Source: Escherichia coli
GTDB lineage: Bacteria; Pseudomonadota; Gammaproteobacteria; Enterobacterales; Enterobacteriaceae
DNA length: 64,000 bases
Direction: 5' to 3' (one strand)
Assembly (NCBI RefSeq): GCF_024700885.2
Contig: NZ_CP117016.1
The notes under the pieces are model-generated. The model ran no database searches and was not told where the DNA came from. It worked only from the letters and a program-made list of their open reading frames with translations. The position numbers and the translations under genes were made by a program. Below, piece after piece: positions 18,224 through 28,208 of this stretch (its first letter is position 1; every line of letters starts with the position of its first letter).

Positions 18224-19993
18224 ATGACCCCGGCACTGACTGAAAAACTGGTTGAAACAGCCCGCGCGGCACGTGACGCGGGGCATGGTAAACGCGGTGC
18301 AATATACGACGCTGCCTGTGCTGAACTTGGCATGTCCCGCGCCACTCTGCTGCGCAGGCTGAAGGAGGTATCTGTGACTGATAAACGCAAAAAACGCGCC
18401 GATGCCGGGCGCAGCGCCCTGACCCGCGACGAAGCCGCGCTGATATCTGCCACACTGCGTGAGGCCACCCGCAAGAACGGTAAGCGTCTCTATTCCATCG
18501 CAGATGCAGTGGAAACCCTGCGGGCTAACGGCTTTATCACCGCAGGCAGAACAGATGAAACCACCAGTGAGTTTTTCCCGTTGTCTGAAGATGCCATCAG
18601 CCGTGCTCTGCGTAACTATGGCCTGCACCCGGAACAACTGGATGCCCCTGCACCACATACCGAAGTGGCCAGTCTGCATCCCAATCATGTCTGGCAGATT
18701 GACGCCTCACTCTGCACGCTTTACTACCTGAGCAATGGACATAAAGGGCTGCAGGTGATGGACAGCGCGAAGTTCTACAAGAACAAGCCCGCTAACCTTG
18801 CCCGTATCGCCAGTGACCGCGTGTGGAGTTACGAGATTACCGACCATGCCAGCGGCTGGATTTACGTTGAGTATGTGACGGGCGCGGAATCAGGTGAGAA
18901 CCTGTGTTCTGTGCTTATCAACGCCATGCAGGAGCGTGGCGGCGCAGACGTGCTGCACGGCGTGCCGAAAATACTCTATCTCGACCCCGGCTCGGCAAAC
19001 ACCGCGGGTATGACGAAAAACATGTGCCGCTCACTGGGCATCGACCTGATAGCGCACAAGCCGCATAACGCCCGCGCCACCGGACAGGTGGAAAAGGCGC
19101 GTGACATTATCGAACGCAAGCTGGAGCCGGGTCTGAAGTTCCGGCCGGTTCACAGTCTGGAAGAACTCAACGCGCTGGCCGCGAAATGGCGCAGCCACTT
19201 TAACGCCACGGCTGTTCACAGCCGCCACGGTAAAACCCGCACGGATATCTGGCTGAAGATTACTGCTGAGCAGCTGAAAAAAGCGCCTTCCGTTGAGGTA
19301 TGTCGTGAACTGGCTGTGGCGGCACCAGAACTCCGCAAAGTCACGCCAAAACTTCGTGTCTCGTTCCGGGGCACTGAATTTGACGTATCAACGGTACCGG
19401 GCGTACTGGTTGGTGAAAAACTGATGATTACCCGTAACCCATGGCGCAGCGATGTGGCACAGGTGGTTCTGACCGGTGAGGACGGCCACGAGACGTTCTT
19501 CCTGGTCGAAGAGGTCAGAAAGAACGAGTTTGGCTTTGCTGAAGGCGCGGCGGTATTTGGCGAAAGTTACAAAGCCCTGCCGGAAACCCCGGCACAGATG
19601 GCGGCAAAAGAAACCGAAGCGCTGGTTACCGGTACAGACAACGCCGCAGATGCAGCCGCCGCACGCAAGGCGAAGGCGCTGCCGTTCGGCGGGCGGCTTG
19701 ACCCGTATAAACATATCGACGACACCACACTTCCGGCCTATATGCCGAAGCGTGGTCAGGCCTCTGACGTACGCGGGCCGCGCACTGAACAACGTCCCAT
19801 GACTCATGTGGAGGCCGCGAAAGCCCTGCGCGATAAGTTCAGCGCCGACGGCCTTACCTGGACGCCGGAACATTACCGCCAGTTAACGGCACAGTACCCG
19901 GACGGCGTACCGGAAGCCGCACTGGATGAAGTCATGGCCACGCTGACCACACCGGCCCGCAGCAGTGTTATCAGCATTGTTAACGGCAACTGA
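18224..19993 (+). CDS. DDE transposase (Mu A analogue, integrase-core type)
   Basis: 589 aa; N-terminal HTH, WQIDAS and LYLDPGSANT DDE-type motifs; followed by ATPase partner. Confidence 0.8.
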   Translation: MTPALTEKLVETARAARDAGHGKRGAIYDAACAELGMSRATLLRRLKEVSVTDKRKKRADAGRSALTRDEAALISATLREATRKNGKRLYSIADAVETLRANGFITAGRTDETTSEFFPLSEDAISRALRNYGLHPEQLDAPAPHTEVASLHPNHVWQIDASLCTLYYLSNGHKGLQVMDSAKFYKNKPANLARIASDRVWSYEITDHASGWIYVEYVTGAESGENLCSVLINAMQERGGADVLHGVPKILYLDPGSANTAGMTKNMCRSLGIDLIAHKPHNARATGQVEKARDIIERKLEPGLKFRPVHSLEELNALAAKWRSHFNATAVHSRHGKTRTDIWLKITAEQLKKAPSVEVCRELAVAAPELRKVTPKLRVSFRGTEFDVSTVPGVLVGEKLMITRNPWRSDVAQVVLTGEDGHETFFLVEEVRKNEFGFAEGAAVFGESYKALPETPAQMAAKETEALVTGTDNAADAAAARKAKALPFGGRLDPYKHIDDTTLPAYMPKRGQASDVRGPRTEQRPMTHVEAAKALRDKFSADGLTWTPEHYRQLTAQYPDGVPEAALDEVMATLTTPARSSVISIVNGN

Positions 19994-20003
19994 GGAGGGA
20001 AAC

Positions 20004-21170
20004 ATGCTGGTACTGAAGCAGCAACTGAAAGAGGCCCGTATTCCACAGGCGGTGGTGGCGAGAGCTGTCGATGTTTCTGAGGCCACGCTGGCCCAGATTG
20101 TGAATCATAACGCGTGGCCCCGCACCAGCCCCGGAGAAGTGCGCCGGCGTCTTGCGTCCTGGCTGGAAAGTCAGGGGATTGATACAACGAAGAGTTTTGA
20201 TGCTGTACAGGGCGCGGCCACGCCCCGTACAGCGGGTACCACAGATAAAACGAGCCTCAGTGAGGAAGAGAATATGTTACTCAAAAAACAGGTGTTATTT
20301 CCAGCAACCAAAAAAGCGTTTGGTCTTTTCCGTGACCCGTTCGCCGACGAAGCCATGCAGGGTTCTGATGATGTGTTCACCACCCCGGATATTCGCTACG
20401 TGCGTGAGGCGTTGTACCAGACAGCCCGTCATGGTGGGTTTATGGCCGTCATCGGTGAGTCCGGTGCGGGTAAATCCACGCTGCGCCGCGACCTGACTGA
20501 ACGTATCAACCGCGAGAATGCGCCGGTAATTGTTATCGAGCCATACATCATCGCTATGGAAGACAACGATGTGAAAGGGAAAACCCTGAAGGCAGCAGCG
20601 ATTGCCGAAGCCATTATCAGTACCATCGCACCACTGGAAAGCATCAGACGCAGTCAGGACGCCCGCTTTCGCCAGTTGCATCGCGTCCTGAAAGACAGCA
20701 GCCAGGCGGGGTTCAGCCACGTTCTGGTGATTGAGGAGGCCCACAGTCTGCCCATTCCGACACTGAAACACCTCAAACGCTTTTTTGAGCTGGAGTCCGG
20801 TTTCAAAAAACTGCTGTCCATCGTGCTGATTGGCCAGCCGGAACTGGCGACAAAACTGTCTGAACGCAATATGGAAGTCCGTGAAGTCGTTCAGCGCTGT
20901 GAGGTGGTCGAACTTCTGCCTCTGGACAATAACCTTGAAGAGTTTCTGACGTTCAAACTGCAACGGGCCGGTAAACAACTGACGGACATTATGGACGCCA
21001 GCGCAGTGGATGCCATACGTGCCCGCCTGAGCAATCCGGGAAGTCATCGTAAAAATATGGTCAGCCTGCTGTATCCGCTGGCCGTCAGTAACCTGGTAAT
21101 AGCCGCCATGAATCTGGCCGCTGAAATCGGGGTTCCACAGGTCAACGCTGACGTTGTCAAAGGGGTTTAA
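20004..21170 (+). CDS. transposition ATPase (MuB-like, Walker A GESGAGKST); start set at ATG 20004
   Basis: GAGGAGG RBS before ATG 20004; N-terminal HTH-like segment plus P-loop. Confidence 0.7.
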   Translation: MLVLKQQLKEARIPQAVVARAVDVSEATLAQIVNHNAWPRTSPGEVRRRLASWLESQGIDTTKSFDAVQGAATPRTAGTTDKTSLSEEENMLLKKQVLFPATKKAFGLFRDPFADEAMQGSDDVFTTPDIRYVREALYQTARHGGFMAVIGESGAGKSTLRRDLTERINRENAPVIVIEPYIIAMEDNDVKGKTLKAAAIAEAIISTIAPLESIRRSQDARFRQLHRVLKDSSQAGFSHVLVIEEAHSLPIPTLKHLKRFFELESGFKKLLSIVLIGQPELATKLSERNMEVREVVQRCEVVELLPLDNNLEEFLTFKLQRAGKQLTDIMDASAVDAIRARLSNPGSHRKNMVSLLYPLAVSNLVIAAMNLAAEIGVPQVNADVVKGV

Positions 21171-21172
21171 TA

Positions 21173-21442
21173 ATGAAATCCACCACAGGTATCAACCAGC
21201 AAATCAGCAAAGTGCAGTCAGCCATTATGGCGCTTAAGGCGACGAACACGGATGTACAAAGCATCACCATCAGGGGTAACAAACCTGTCATCCGCGTTTC
21301 CCGGAGTGCGCATTGCATGCGCATGCTTGAGCAGGGAAAGGCCTGTTATCTGTATACCGGTCATGACCACAGGGGACATTTCCGTCAGGGCGTTTTCGAA
21401 CTGCACGGCTGTCGCGTCGTGTGGCCGGAATCTTTGTGGTAA
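21173..21442 (+). CDS. hypothetical small early protein (kil position)
   Basis: 89 aa immediately after the ATPase gene. Confidence 0.4.
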   Translation: MKSTTGINQQISKVQSAIMALKATNTDVQSITIRGNKPVIRVSRSAHCMRMLEQGKACYLYTGHDHRGHFRQGVFELHGCRVVWPESLW

Positions 21443-21469
21443 TCAGCACAACAGGAGGAGTCATAAAAT

Positions 21470-22000
21470 ATGGCAAAAAGTACAAAAGGGGCAAAACGTA
21501 TCAAAGCCGCAGCAGCACTCTGGGTGCCGGGGACACGCGAAGAGGTCATTGAGGGAATCAGACTGCTTGGTGACGCGCAACGTGAACTGGTCAGGGCTGA
21601 AACAGAAATGAATGACACCATTGGCGACATCACTGCACGTTATGCCCCGCTCACCGAGAGCCTGAAAAAACGCATGGCCGAACTGCAGTCCGGTATCCAG
21701 ACATGGTGTGAGGCGCACCGTGATGAACTGACCGGCAACGGGAAGGTGAAGTTCGCTAACCTCACCACCGGCGAGGTGCAGTGGCGAAACCGTCCGCCGT
21801 CAGTCAGCATTCGCGGGGCGGATAATGTCATTGAACTGCTGAGACGTCTGGGGCTTGAGCGCTTTATTCGTGTAAAAGAGGAAATAAATAAAGACGCTAT
21901 CCTGAATGAAAAAGAGGCCGTGAAAAATATTCCCGGTATTTCCATTAAAAGCGACATTGAGGATTTTTCAATAATTCCTTTTGAGCAGGATGTGCAGTAA
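21470..22000 (+). CDS. gam: Gam-like host-nuclease inhibitor (DNA-end binding)
   Basis: 176 aa; sequence strongly reminiscent of Mu Gam family. Confidence 0.75.
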   Translation: MAKSTKGAKRIKAAAALWVPGTREEVIEGIRLLGDAQRELVRAETEMNDTIGDITARYAPLTESLKKRMAELQSGIQTWCEAHRDELTGNGKVKFANLTTGEVQWRNRPPSVSIRGADNVIELLRRLGLERFIRVKEEINKDAILNEKEAVKNIPGISIKSDIEDFSIIPFEQDVQ

Positions 22001-22097
22001 ACACACCACGTTAATTATTTAATAAAAACATTTTCTTTTTTATTCCGACGTCAGCGCCGCGGGCTTCTGCACGCCGGAAACAGAGGAGAATTAAATC

Positions 22098-22292
22098 ATG
22101 ATATTTAAATGTATTCAGTGCGAGAGGGATATAACAGCCCTGCGTTTTCACAGCGCCATCGCCGTGATGTCCGGTAAATACCACATCCCTGCGGTACGCG
22201 TCACCCTGGTCTGCCCGTACTGCAGCCAGCATTTTTCGGCAGACGTGCCCGTCATGGAATTCTCCCGCCCTGACAGGGAGGACTCGCAATGA
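22098..22292 (+). CDS. small zinc-ribbon protein
   Basis: 64 aa with CIQC ... CPYC. Confidence 0.45.
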   Translation: MIFKCIQCERDITALRFHSAIAVMSGKYHIPAVRVTLVCPYCSQHFSADVPVMEFSRPDREDSQ

Positions 22293-22561
22293 TTACCCCA
22301 CAGGAAGCACGACAGCGCACCCGAACCCTTGTTGAACACTATGTCAACGAGTGTGAATGCCGCGACCTCACCGATGTGAAGCACGTCCTGACGGCGCTAA
22401 TCAGCATGACCGCTCAAGCCATTGTGGCGACCAACGGAAAGGCGGCTGCCCTGCAGGTACTGGTGAACACACTAACCCACACGGCAGCGCATGAGGTGCC
22501 GTACCGGATGGAAACCACTGCAGAAGGCGGCCTGCACATCACCGTCAGCCGGAAGCACTGA
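22289..22561 (+). CDS. hypothetical protein
   Basis: 90 aa, start overlaps upstream stop. Confidence 0.4.
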   Translation: MITPQEARQRTRTLVEHYVNECECRDLTDVKHVLTALISMTAQAIVATNGKAAALQVLVNTLTHTAAHEVPYRMETTAEGGLHITVSRKH

Positions 22562-22570
22562 GGGCGCGGC

Positions 22571-22867
22571 ATGACACGGAACACCATACTCACCCGCACC
22601 GCCCTCTACCGTCTGGCCCTGCAGCGTTTCGGGCCGGACGCACAGGCCCTGAAACTGACAGAAGAGGCCGCTGAACTGGCGGCCAGTGCTGCCCGCAATC
22701 TGAACGGACAGGGCAGCGAAAGCGACCTCGCGGCAGAGCTGGCAGACGTGGAAATCATGACAGAGCAATTGCGCCTTCAGGGGATGGACCGGCTGATTGA
22801 CTTCCACAAACAGAAAAAACTGGAACGTCTGGCTGCACGACTGGGCGTGATTTACACGAACGAGTAA
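22571..22867 (+). CDS. MazG-like nucleotide pyrophosphohydrolase domain protein
   Basis: 98 aa; EEAAEL ... AAELADVEIM matches the EExxE...ExxD all-alpha NTP-PPase pattern. Confidence 0.5.
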   Translation: MTRNTILTRTALYRLALQRFGPDAQALKLTEEAAELAASAARNLNGQGSESDLAAELADVEIMTEQLRLQGMDRLIDFHKQKKLERLAARLGVIYTNE

Positions 22868-22881
22868 CCGGGAGGCATTCA

Positions 22882-23097
22882 ATGGCTGACATACTCAGGG
22901 AAATCACCGCATGGATACTGATTCTTACTGGCCTGGCGACATGCCTCAGTGCGGGGGCAGCCCTGGCTGCCCTGCTGATGCACATAACAACACAGTGGTT
23001 ATGGGAAAAGCTTAAAGCAGCATACAGCCTGAAAGAGCTGTCCGACGCTGTCCGGGCATGGAAACGGCAGAAAAATACCGGAGATACAGAACAATGA
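22882..23097 (+). CDS. small membrane protein
   Basis: 71 aa, one hydrophobic segment. Confidence 0.4.
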   Translation: MADILREITAWILILTGLATCLSAGAALAALLMHITTQWLWEKLKAAYSLKELSDAVRAWKRQKNTGDTEQ

Positions 23098-23777
23098 CAG
23101 ACCAGAATAAACACATTGAGAAACTGAAAAAGTTGCTGGCGCTGGCCGCATCCGGCAACCCGCACGAGGCCGCTCTGGCACTGTGCCGAGCCCGTAAACT
23201 GATGGATGTTCACGGCATCACACATTCCGACATTGCTATGAGTGATATTGATGAAACCATCAGTCACTACTGGCCGACAGGCAGTCTCCGTCCACCGCGC
23301 TACATGCTGGGCCTGATGAACATCATCCGCGAGGTATTTGGTGTTAACTCCATCATTCACCCCGGCACGCATCCGTCTGTGGGGTTCTACGGCAACCGGG
23401 AACGTGCGGCACTGGCTGCATACACCTGGGAAGTGCTGGCCCGTCAGCTGAAAAAGGCGCGTCAGCAGTATATCAGTGCACAGAACAAAAGAATAAAAAC
23501 CGCCACCCGCACCAGCCGTGGAGACCAGTTTGCCGAAGGCTGGGTGCTGGCCGTTATCAGTGAAATACAGTCCTTTGCCCTGACCGATGATGAGCGTGAA
23601 CTGATGCAGCAGTGGCTGGAACATAAATACCCGCAGACGCAAACCACCAGGGCGCGTAAACCGGGAAGAAGCCGCAATGGCGACGCCTCGCGCTATGCGG
23701 GGTTTCGTGAAGGGCAGAACGTCAGACTGCACCGCCCGGTCAGTGGGCAGGAACAACAGAAACTGGAGGCCAGATGA
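23094..23777 (+). CDS. DUF2786-like phage protein; start set at ATG 23094
   Basis: N-terminal IEKLKKLLALAASGNPHEAALA motif. Confidence 0.5.
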   Translation: MTDQNKHIEKLKKLLALAASGNPHEAALALCRARKLMDVHGITHSDIAMSDIDETISHYWPTGSLRPPRYMLGLMNIIREVFGVNSIIHPGTHPSVGFYGNRERAALAAYTWEVLARQLKKARQQYISAQNKRIKTATRTSRGDQFAEGWVLAVISEIQSFALTDDERELMQQWLEHKYPQTQTTRARKPGRSRNGDASRYAGFREGQNVRLHRPVSGQEQQKLEAR

Positions 23778-24004
23778 TTACGCTATCAGGTAAAAGCCGG
23801 AAATTAAAAGCCTGCCGAATATCTGCCAGATACCTTTTTGCCCGCGCCTTTTTTAAGAACGTCAGGCCGGGGATCACAATTGGTGTTATTGCCGGACGCG
23901 AACAGGTTGAAAAATACATGTCAGGTGCATGGTGGAATAACGACCCTGTCATTGCTGCCCGTAATATTCATATCGAATGGGGAGGTATTCAGAATGACTA
24001 CTGA
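23774..24004 (+). CDS. hypothetical small protein
   Basis: 76 aa, overlapping start with upstream stop. Confidence 0.35.
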   Translation: MITLSGKSRKLKACRISARYLFARAFFKNVRPGITIGVIAGREQVEKYMSGAWWNNDPVIAARNIHIEWGGIQNDY

Positions 24005-24200
24005 AACCATTGTCTGTTTTCTTTTCTGGTATATGTACGCAGGATCATGCAGCGCAAGACTTCATCGTTCCCTGGGCTATGGCAGGCACTACGACACCGC
24101 GCATTACATCCTGTACATGACCGCCGTCATGTTGTTCTGGCCAGTCACCCTGCCAGCTGCAACCGACATTGTTGCCGACAGACTGAAAAAAAGGAGATGA
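23994..24200 (+). CDS. small membrane protein (2 TM)
   Basis: GGAGG RBS 8 nt upstream of ATG 23994; hydrophobic segments. Confidence 0.4.
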   Translation: MTTETIVCFLFWYMYAGSCSARLHRSLGYGRHYDTAHYILYMTAVMLFWPVTLPAATDIVADRLKKRR

Positions 24201-24201
24201 T

Positions 24202-24651
24202 ATGCAGAAAAAACGCCTGATACAGCTTATCCATATTGCCCGTAATGAACTGGGTATGGATGAAGACACCTACCGCCAGATGTTACAGGGGCTGACCGGT
24301 AAAGCCTCAACCAAAGGAATGGATACCACACAACTAAACTGCGTGCTGGAATCCATGAAAAAGAAAGGCTTTCGCGTTAAACCAGCCAGAAAAGCCAGCT
24401 CCGGTTTACCGCTGGATAACCATCCGCAGTCCAGGAAAATTCGTGCGCTATGGCTTGAAATGGCTGCTGCCGGCATTGTTCGTGACCGTTCAGAAAATGC
24501 ATTAGCGAGGTGGATCAAGCGGGAAACGGGCATCAGCGCCCTGCGCTGGCTCAGTACTGAACAGGCAAGCAGTGTTATTGAGAAACTGAAGAAGTGGCAG
24601 CGCAGAGCTGCGGGAGTCAAACATGAGCGACCTGAATCAGTTTCGAAGTAA
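24202..24651 (+). CDS. GemA-like (Mu gp16-like) regulatory protein
   Basis: 149 aa immediately upstream of mor, as in Mu. Confidence 0.5.
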   Translation: MQKKRLIQLIHIARNELGMDEDTYRQMLQGLTGKASTKGMDTTQLNCVLESMKKKGFRVKPARKASSGLPLDNHPQSRKIRALWLEMAAAGIVRDRSENALARWIKRETGISALRWLSTEQASSVIEKLKKWQRRAAGVKHERPESVSK

Positions 24652-25012
24652 GGGGCCGGAACTCCTGGTGGAACTGGCACAGCATACCTCTGAGACCGTT
24701 CGCGAGATTATTGATATTGAGCCCGAAGTTGCCGACCAGATTGGTCAGGCCGTCGCGAACCGAATGATGCAGGTCTGGGGCGGGCAAAACGTTTATTTCC
24801 CGATGGGCATGGTATGGAAGGTCAGTCAGCGCGACCGGGAAATCTTCAGGGAGTTTAACGGACGCAACCACCACGAACTGGCCCGCAAATTTGGTGTTTC
24901 GCTTCAGTGGGTCTACAGCGTGGTTAAGCGGGTAAGAAAAGAAGAACTGGATCGGATGCAGGGCAAGCTATTTGCTGATGAACCCGATGCAGATACGGAG
25001 AAAAAAGAGTAA
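24623..25012 (+). CDS. mor: Mor/C-family transcriptional activator
   Basis: 129 aa with C-terminal HTH HHELARKFGVSLQWVYSVVKRV. Confidence 0.7.
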   Translation: MSDLNQFRSKGPELLVELAQHTSETVREIIDIEPEVADQIGQAVANRMMQVWGGQNVYFPMGMVWKVSQRDREIFREFNGRNHHELARKFGVSLQWVYSVVKRVRKEELDRMQGKLFADEPDADTEKKE

Positions 25013-25041
25013 TATCTGCAATCAGGCTGGCGCGAGTTCTG

Positions 25042-25098
<57 letters not shown>

Positions 25099-25099
25099 A

Positions 25100-25174
<75 letters not shown>

Positions 25175-25363
25175 GTGAACTTTCTCGTGGAAAAATACGC
25201 GCTGGTGCGTACCGACCAGCCGGGATTCAGCGCCTGTACCCGCTCTCAGTTAATAAACAGCATCGATATCCTCCGGGCTCGCAGGGCGACCGGCCTGATG
25301 ACCCGCGACAATTACAGAACGGTAAATAACATTACCCTGGGTAAGTATCCGGAGGCGAAATGA
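25175..25363 (+). pseudogene. cbtA: 3' fragment of cbtA/ykfI/ypjF-family toxin gene (truncated by prophage insertion)
   Basis: Translation NFLVEKYALVRTDQPGFSA...ILRARRATGLMTRDNYRTVNNITLGK matches my recollection of the CbtA C-terminal half; GTG start with no RBS and in-frame stop 2 codons upstream. Confidence 0.5.
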
Positions 25364-25554
25364 TGACACTGGAAGCCGACAGCGTTAACGTACAGGCGCT
25401 GGATATGGGGCACATTGTCGTTGACATTGATGGTGTTAATATCACTGAACTGATTAATAAGGCCGCTGAAAACGGTTATTCACTCCGCGTGGTGGATGAC
25501 CGTGACTCTACCGAAACACCGGCAACTTATGCCAGCCCTCACCAGTTGCTGTAA
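25360..25554 (+). CDS. yeeW: YeeW-like small protein (CP4-44-type island)
   Basis: 64 aa, GGAGG RBS, ATGA-coupled to cbtA remnant as in CP4-44-type islands. Confidence 0.5.
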   Translation: MMTLEADSVNVQALDMGHIVVDIDGVNITELINKAAENGYSLRVVDDRDSTETPATYASPHQLL

Positions 25555-25838
25555 GACAATGCAGTGATACAGGGTATAGTGCCATTAACCACAGAAACAG
25601 CACTGTTGTCCTGTATTAAGCAGGCAAGAGAAGATGTCCTTACCCTGCGCCATCTGCAGCTTCTGAACCAGAACCGGTGAATCTCACTCAACAGGCTTCA
25701 TTTCTCCTGACGCCAGCCTGAATACAGCTGGCGTTTTCATTTATAAACAGAAAGGAAAACCGATAATAATGGAATGGACGCCCCGACCATGAAGCAACGG
25801 TAGGATATTACTGATAAACCTTCCAGTGGAGGTGCGTT

Positions 25839-25919
25839 ATGGCCGTTTTAACGATTAGCATTGACCTGACAAAAAATGAATTCCAAATCCACGGTCTGGG
25901 TAGGAACAGAAAAATCTAA
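25839..25919 (+). pseudogene. 26-codon stub with strong RBS, possible transposase 5' fragment (yoeD-like)
   Basis: GGAGG 6 nt upstream of ATG; MAVLTISIDLTKNEFQIHG then stop. Confidence 0.25.
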
Positions 25920-25994
25920 GCTCAGAAAACGGATTAAAGTAAGCGTCAACGGAGCACCGTATTGACGCTTATTTATTGGTGAGAACTACGTTCC

Positions 25995-26351
25995 ATGGCA
26001 GGAGTTCGTCAACACGGTTGGAGGGCCATTCCGGCAGTATGCTCAGAATATGGCGCAGATACGCTTCCGGATCGATACCGTTCAGACGGCAGGTGCCTGC
26101 TTTTCTGGCAACAAGCAGGAATCTCAGCGCTGAAGCAGGAATTAGAGGTAAAAACGCCCTACCGGGCCATGAATCACCCGGTCATTGGAGTAGTAACCAA
26201 AGCAGATTTAGCCAGCATGGAACAAATATCTTTGGTGAAAAGTTGGTTACGGGAAGCTGGAGCGCACAACGTGTTAGTAACCAGTGCAGTTAATAACAAT
26301 GGAGTTACAGAACTTTTTGCCTTGCTGCATACAGAAGAAGGTTGTTGTTAA
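25995..26351 (+). pseudogene. yoeF: EutP/PduV-family GTPase fragment (yoeF-like)
   Basis: C-terminal half carries the VVTKADL G4-like motif; N-terminal P-loop absent. Confidence 0.45.
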
Positions 26352-26410
26352 TTTCGATTGGTTCTCGGATGAGAATGATGACGGTGATACACAGATAAGA
26401 ATCAATGAGC

Positions 26411-26437
26411 AATGAGGGTTGCCGGGCAACCCTCATT
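26411..26437 (-). terminator. hairpin downstream of yeeX (putative terminator)
   Basis: Long inverted repeat AATGAGGGTTG..CAACCCTCATT just past the yeeX stop. Confidence 0.35.
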
Positions 26438-26451
26438 GAATAAAACGGGAA

Positions 26452-26781
26452 TTACTTCGCTTCGCCGTTTTTCATTTCGCCCATAGCTTTCAGCTTTTTG
26501 GAGATATCGCGGCGTTCTTTGGAGAGCTCGGCATTTTTGATGATGTAATCGTCAACGCGATCTTCATAGTCACCTTTCATGCTGGCGATGATGCCCTGGA
26601 TTGCTTCAACGCTCATCCCCGGCTTGATGTAATCGCTCAGGTTGTCCAGCAGCAGGACGCGCTTCTGGTTGTCACGGATCTTTTTCTCAACGTCCTGAAT
26701 TTCACGTTGCAGTTTGTTCTTACGACGGAACAGACGAACAAATTCCAGTACGTCCTGGAATGAAGGCTTGGTAGTTTCCAT
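26452..26781 (-). CDS. yeeX: DUF496 protein YeeX
   Basis: [29 protein letters not shown]..., recognised E. coli protein; start trimmed to ATG 26781. Confidence 0.85.
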   Translation of the reverse strand: METTKPSFQDVLEFVRLFRRKNKLQREIQDVEKKIRDNQKRVLLLDNLSDYIKPGMSVEAIQGIIASMKGDYEDRVDDYIIKNAELSKERRDISKKLKAMGEMKNGEAK

Positions 26782-26952
26782 TTTTATACCCCTGATAATG
26801 TGAGAGTCGGATTCGTTTAAGCAACCGCTATTCGTTAGGGCCAACATTACTCATAGCTGCCGCAGATGACAATGCTTTTATCCCTTTTCACTATCATACC
26901 CTTTATCCTTGCTGAATCGAAGCAGCAGCAAGATGATTCTGAAGTTCAGGAA

Positions 26953-28011
26953 TTATTTGCGCAAGGCCCGGCAAATCAGATTCGATAGCAACTCAAGCTG
27001 ATGCGCCGTTTCCATGTTCAGCCACACATAACCATAGATTGGTGTTTCCACAACCTTCAGGTCATGGTGGTTATTGAGCAACTGACGCAGCTCTTCCACA
27101 GCATCGTTCAATTTTTCCGTATTGGCAAAAACCGGCTGCGGATTACCTTCGTACAGCGCATGAACAAGGCTCAGCAGTATTTGCTGCATCATGTGCTGGG
27201 TATCACGAAGTTTTTGCGCGTTCAATAACACGAAATGGCTGGGGCGCGTGGCCCAGTATGCATTGATTTGCAACTCCAGCATACAAACCAGATTGCGGTT
27301 AATGGTCTGGATACCTTCATATATCGATTTTGGAATACGGGTTTCTTTGCTGGCGGGCGCAATCAGTCCACGCATTTTCACGGCATCGGTCAGGAGTTTT
27401 TGTAGATGGCTTTCCAGACGTGGGCGTTCGAGTAAGTTCGGTGAGAATGCAGATTGATAGACCCGATTATACTCGGTCAGACTTTTCGCCAGTTGAATGC
27501 GCCAGTGGATGAACGCCCGTTGTGGCCAGATACCGGTAAACAACATTGCCAGTAAAGAGCCGAGGATCACATCGCCGCTTCGCCATAACGCCGTATCAAT
27601 TTCACCTGTCGGGGAACCCACAACAATTGCCAGCGTCACCCCAATCAATAAACCTTGATACGGTTTCTTGCCCAGCGCCAGCCAACCGCAAAGGAACATG
27701 GCCGCCGCGCACCAGACTAACATCAGCGGTAACGAGATTAACTCCAGTTGCAGAGCGATAAGACCTAAAATCGAACCCAACACCGTACCGCCAATACGCT
27801 CAAAGGCGCGAGGGACAACGTTACCCCAGAACGAGATTGGCCCCATAATCACCACCATGGTGACCAGCGGCCAGGTGCTTTCCGGGATAGTAAACAGGCG
27901 GATAATGAGAAAAGTGAGCAGGAATGCCAGCGCGACCCGAGTACCATGCACAATGCGGTAATGGCGGTATACCCGGATTTCAAACGGGCTTAATGACTTA
28001 TCGGCACGCAC
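26953..28011 (-). CDS. yeeA: inner membrane protein YeeA
   Basis: 352 aa, multi-TM N-terminal half, recognised E. coli order next to sbmC. Confidence 0.8.
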   Translation of the reverse strand: MRADKSLSPFEIRVYRHYRIVHGTRVALAFLLTFLIIRLFTIPESTWPLVTMVVIMGPISFWGNVVPRAFERIGGTVLGSILGLIALQLELISLPLMLVWCAAAMFLCGWLALGKKPYQGLLIGVTLAIVVGSPTGEIDTALWRSGDVILGSLLAMLFTGIWPQRAFIHWRIQLAKSLTEYNRVYQSAFSPNLLERPRLESHLQKLLTDAVKMRGLIAPASKETRIPKSIYEGIQTINRNLVCMLELQINAYWATRPSHFVLLNAQKLRDTQHMMQQILLSLVHALYEGNPQPVFANTEKLNDAVEELRQLLNNHHDLKVVETPIYGYVWLNMETAHQLELLSNLICRALRK

Positions 28012-28208
28012 GCAGAAACTCCGTAATGAGATTAAAAGCGCTCATAACTCATCTGTCGGCCAGAAGGCGCGCCTCTGAATTATCCGACGGACAAACCGGG
28101 AACAGTGTAATTTCCCGGCAGGAGCGAAAAAATTGAAAGGCGCATCTTACTCTTTTCGCTTTCAAAAAAAAGAGTGGTCATCGCGTTAACACACCGCCCT
28201 GAGATGAA

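Noticed and set aside
25175-25363. 62-aa ORF as an intact small gene (possible toxin or anti-defence protein)
   Set aside because: It has a GTG start, no RBS, an in-frame stop two codons upstream, and its sequence matches only the C-terminal half of CbtA-family toxins, so it is a truncated remnant.
25560-25740. ATACAG-containing short repeats and a hairpin (CGCCAGC..GCTGGCG plus T-run) as the prophage right end
   Set aside because: The cbtA-like homology begins already at 25175, which places the prophage end upstream; these motifs lie in the CP4-44-like remnant and are probably an ordinary terminator.
25976-26293. 105-aa ORF in an alternative frame over the yoeF-like region
   Set aside because: It has no recognisable features; the GTPase-like frame (25995..26351) explains the region better, and both are probably non-functional.
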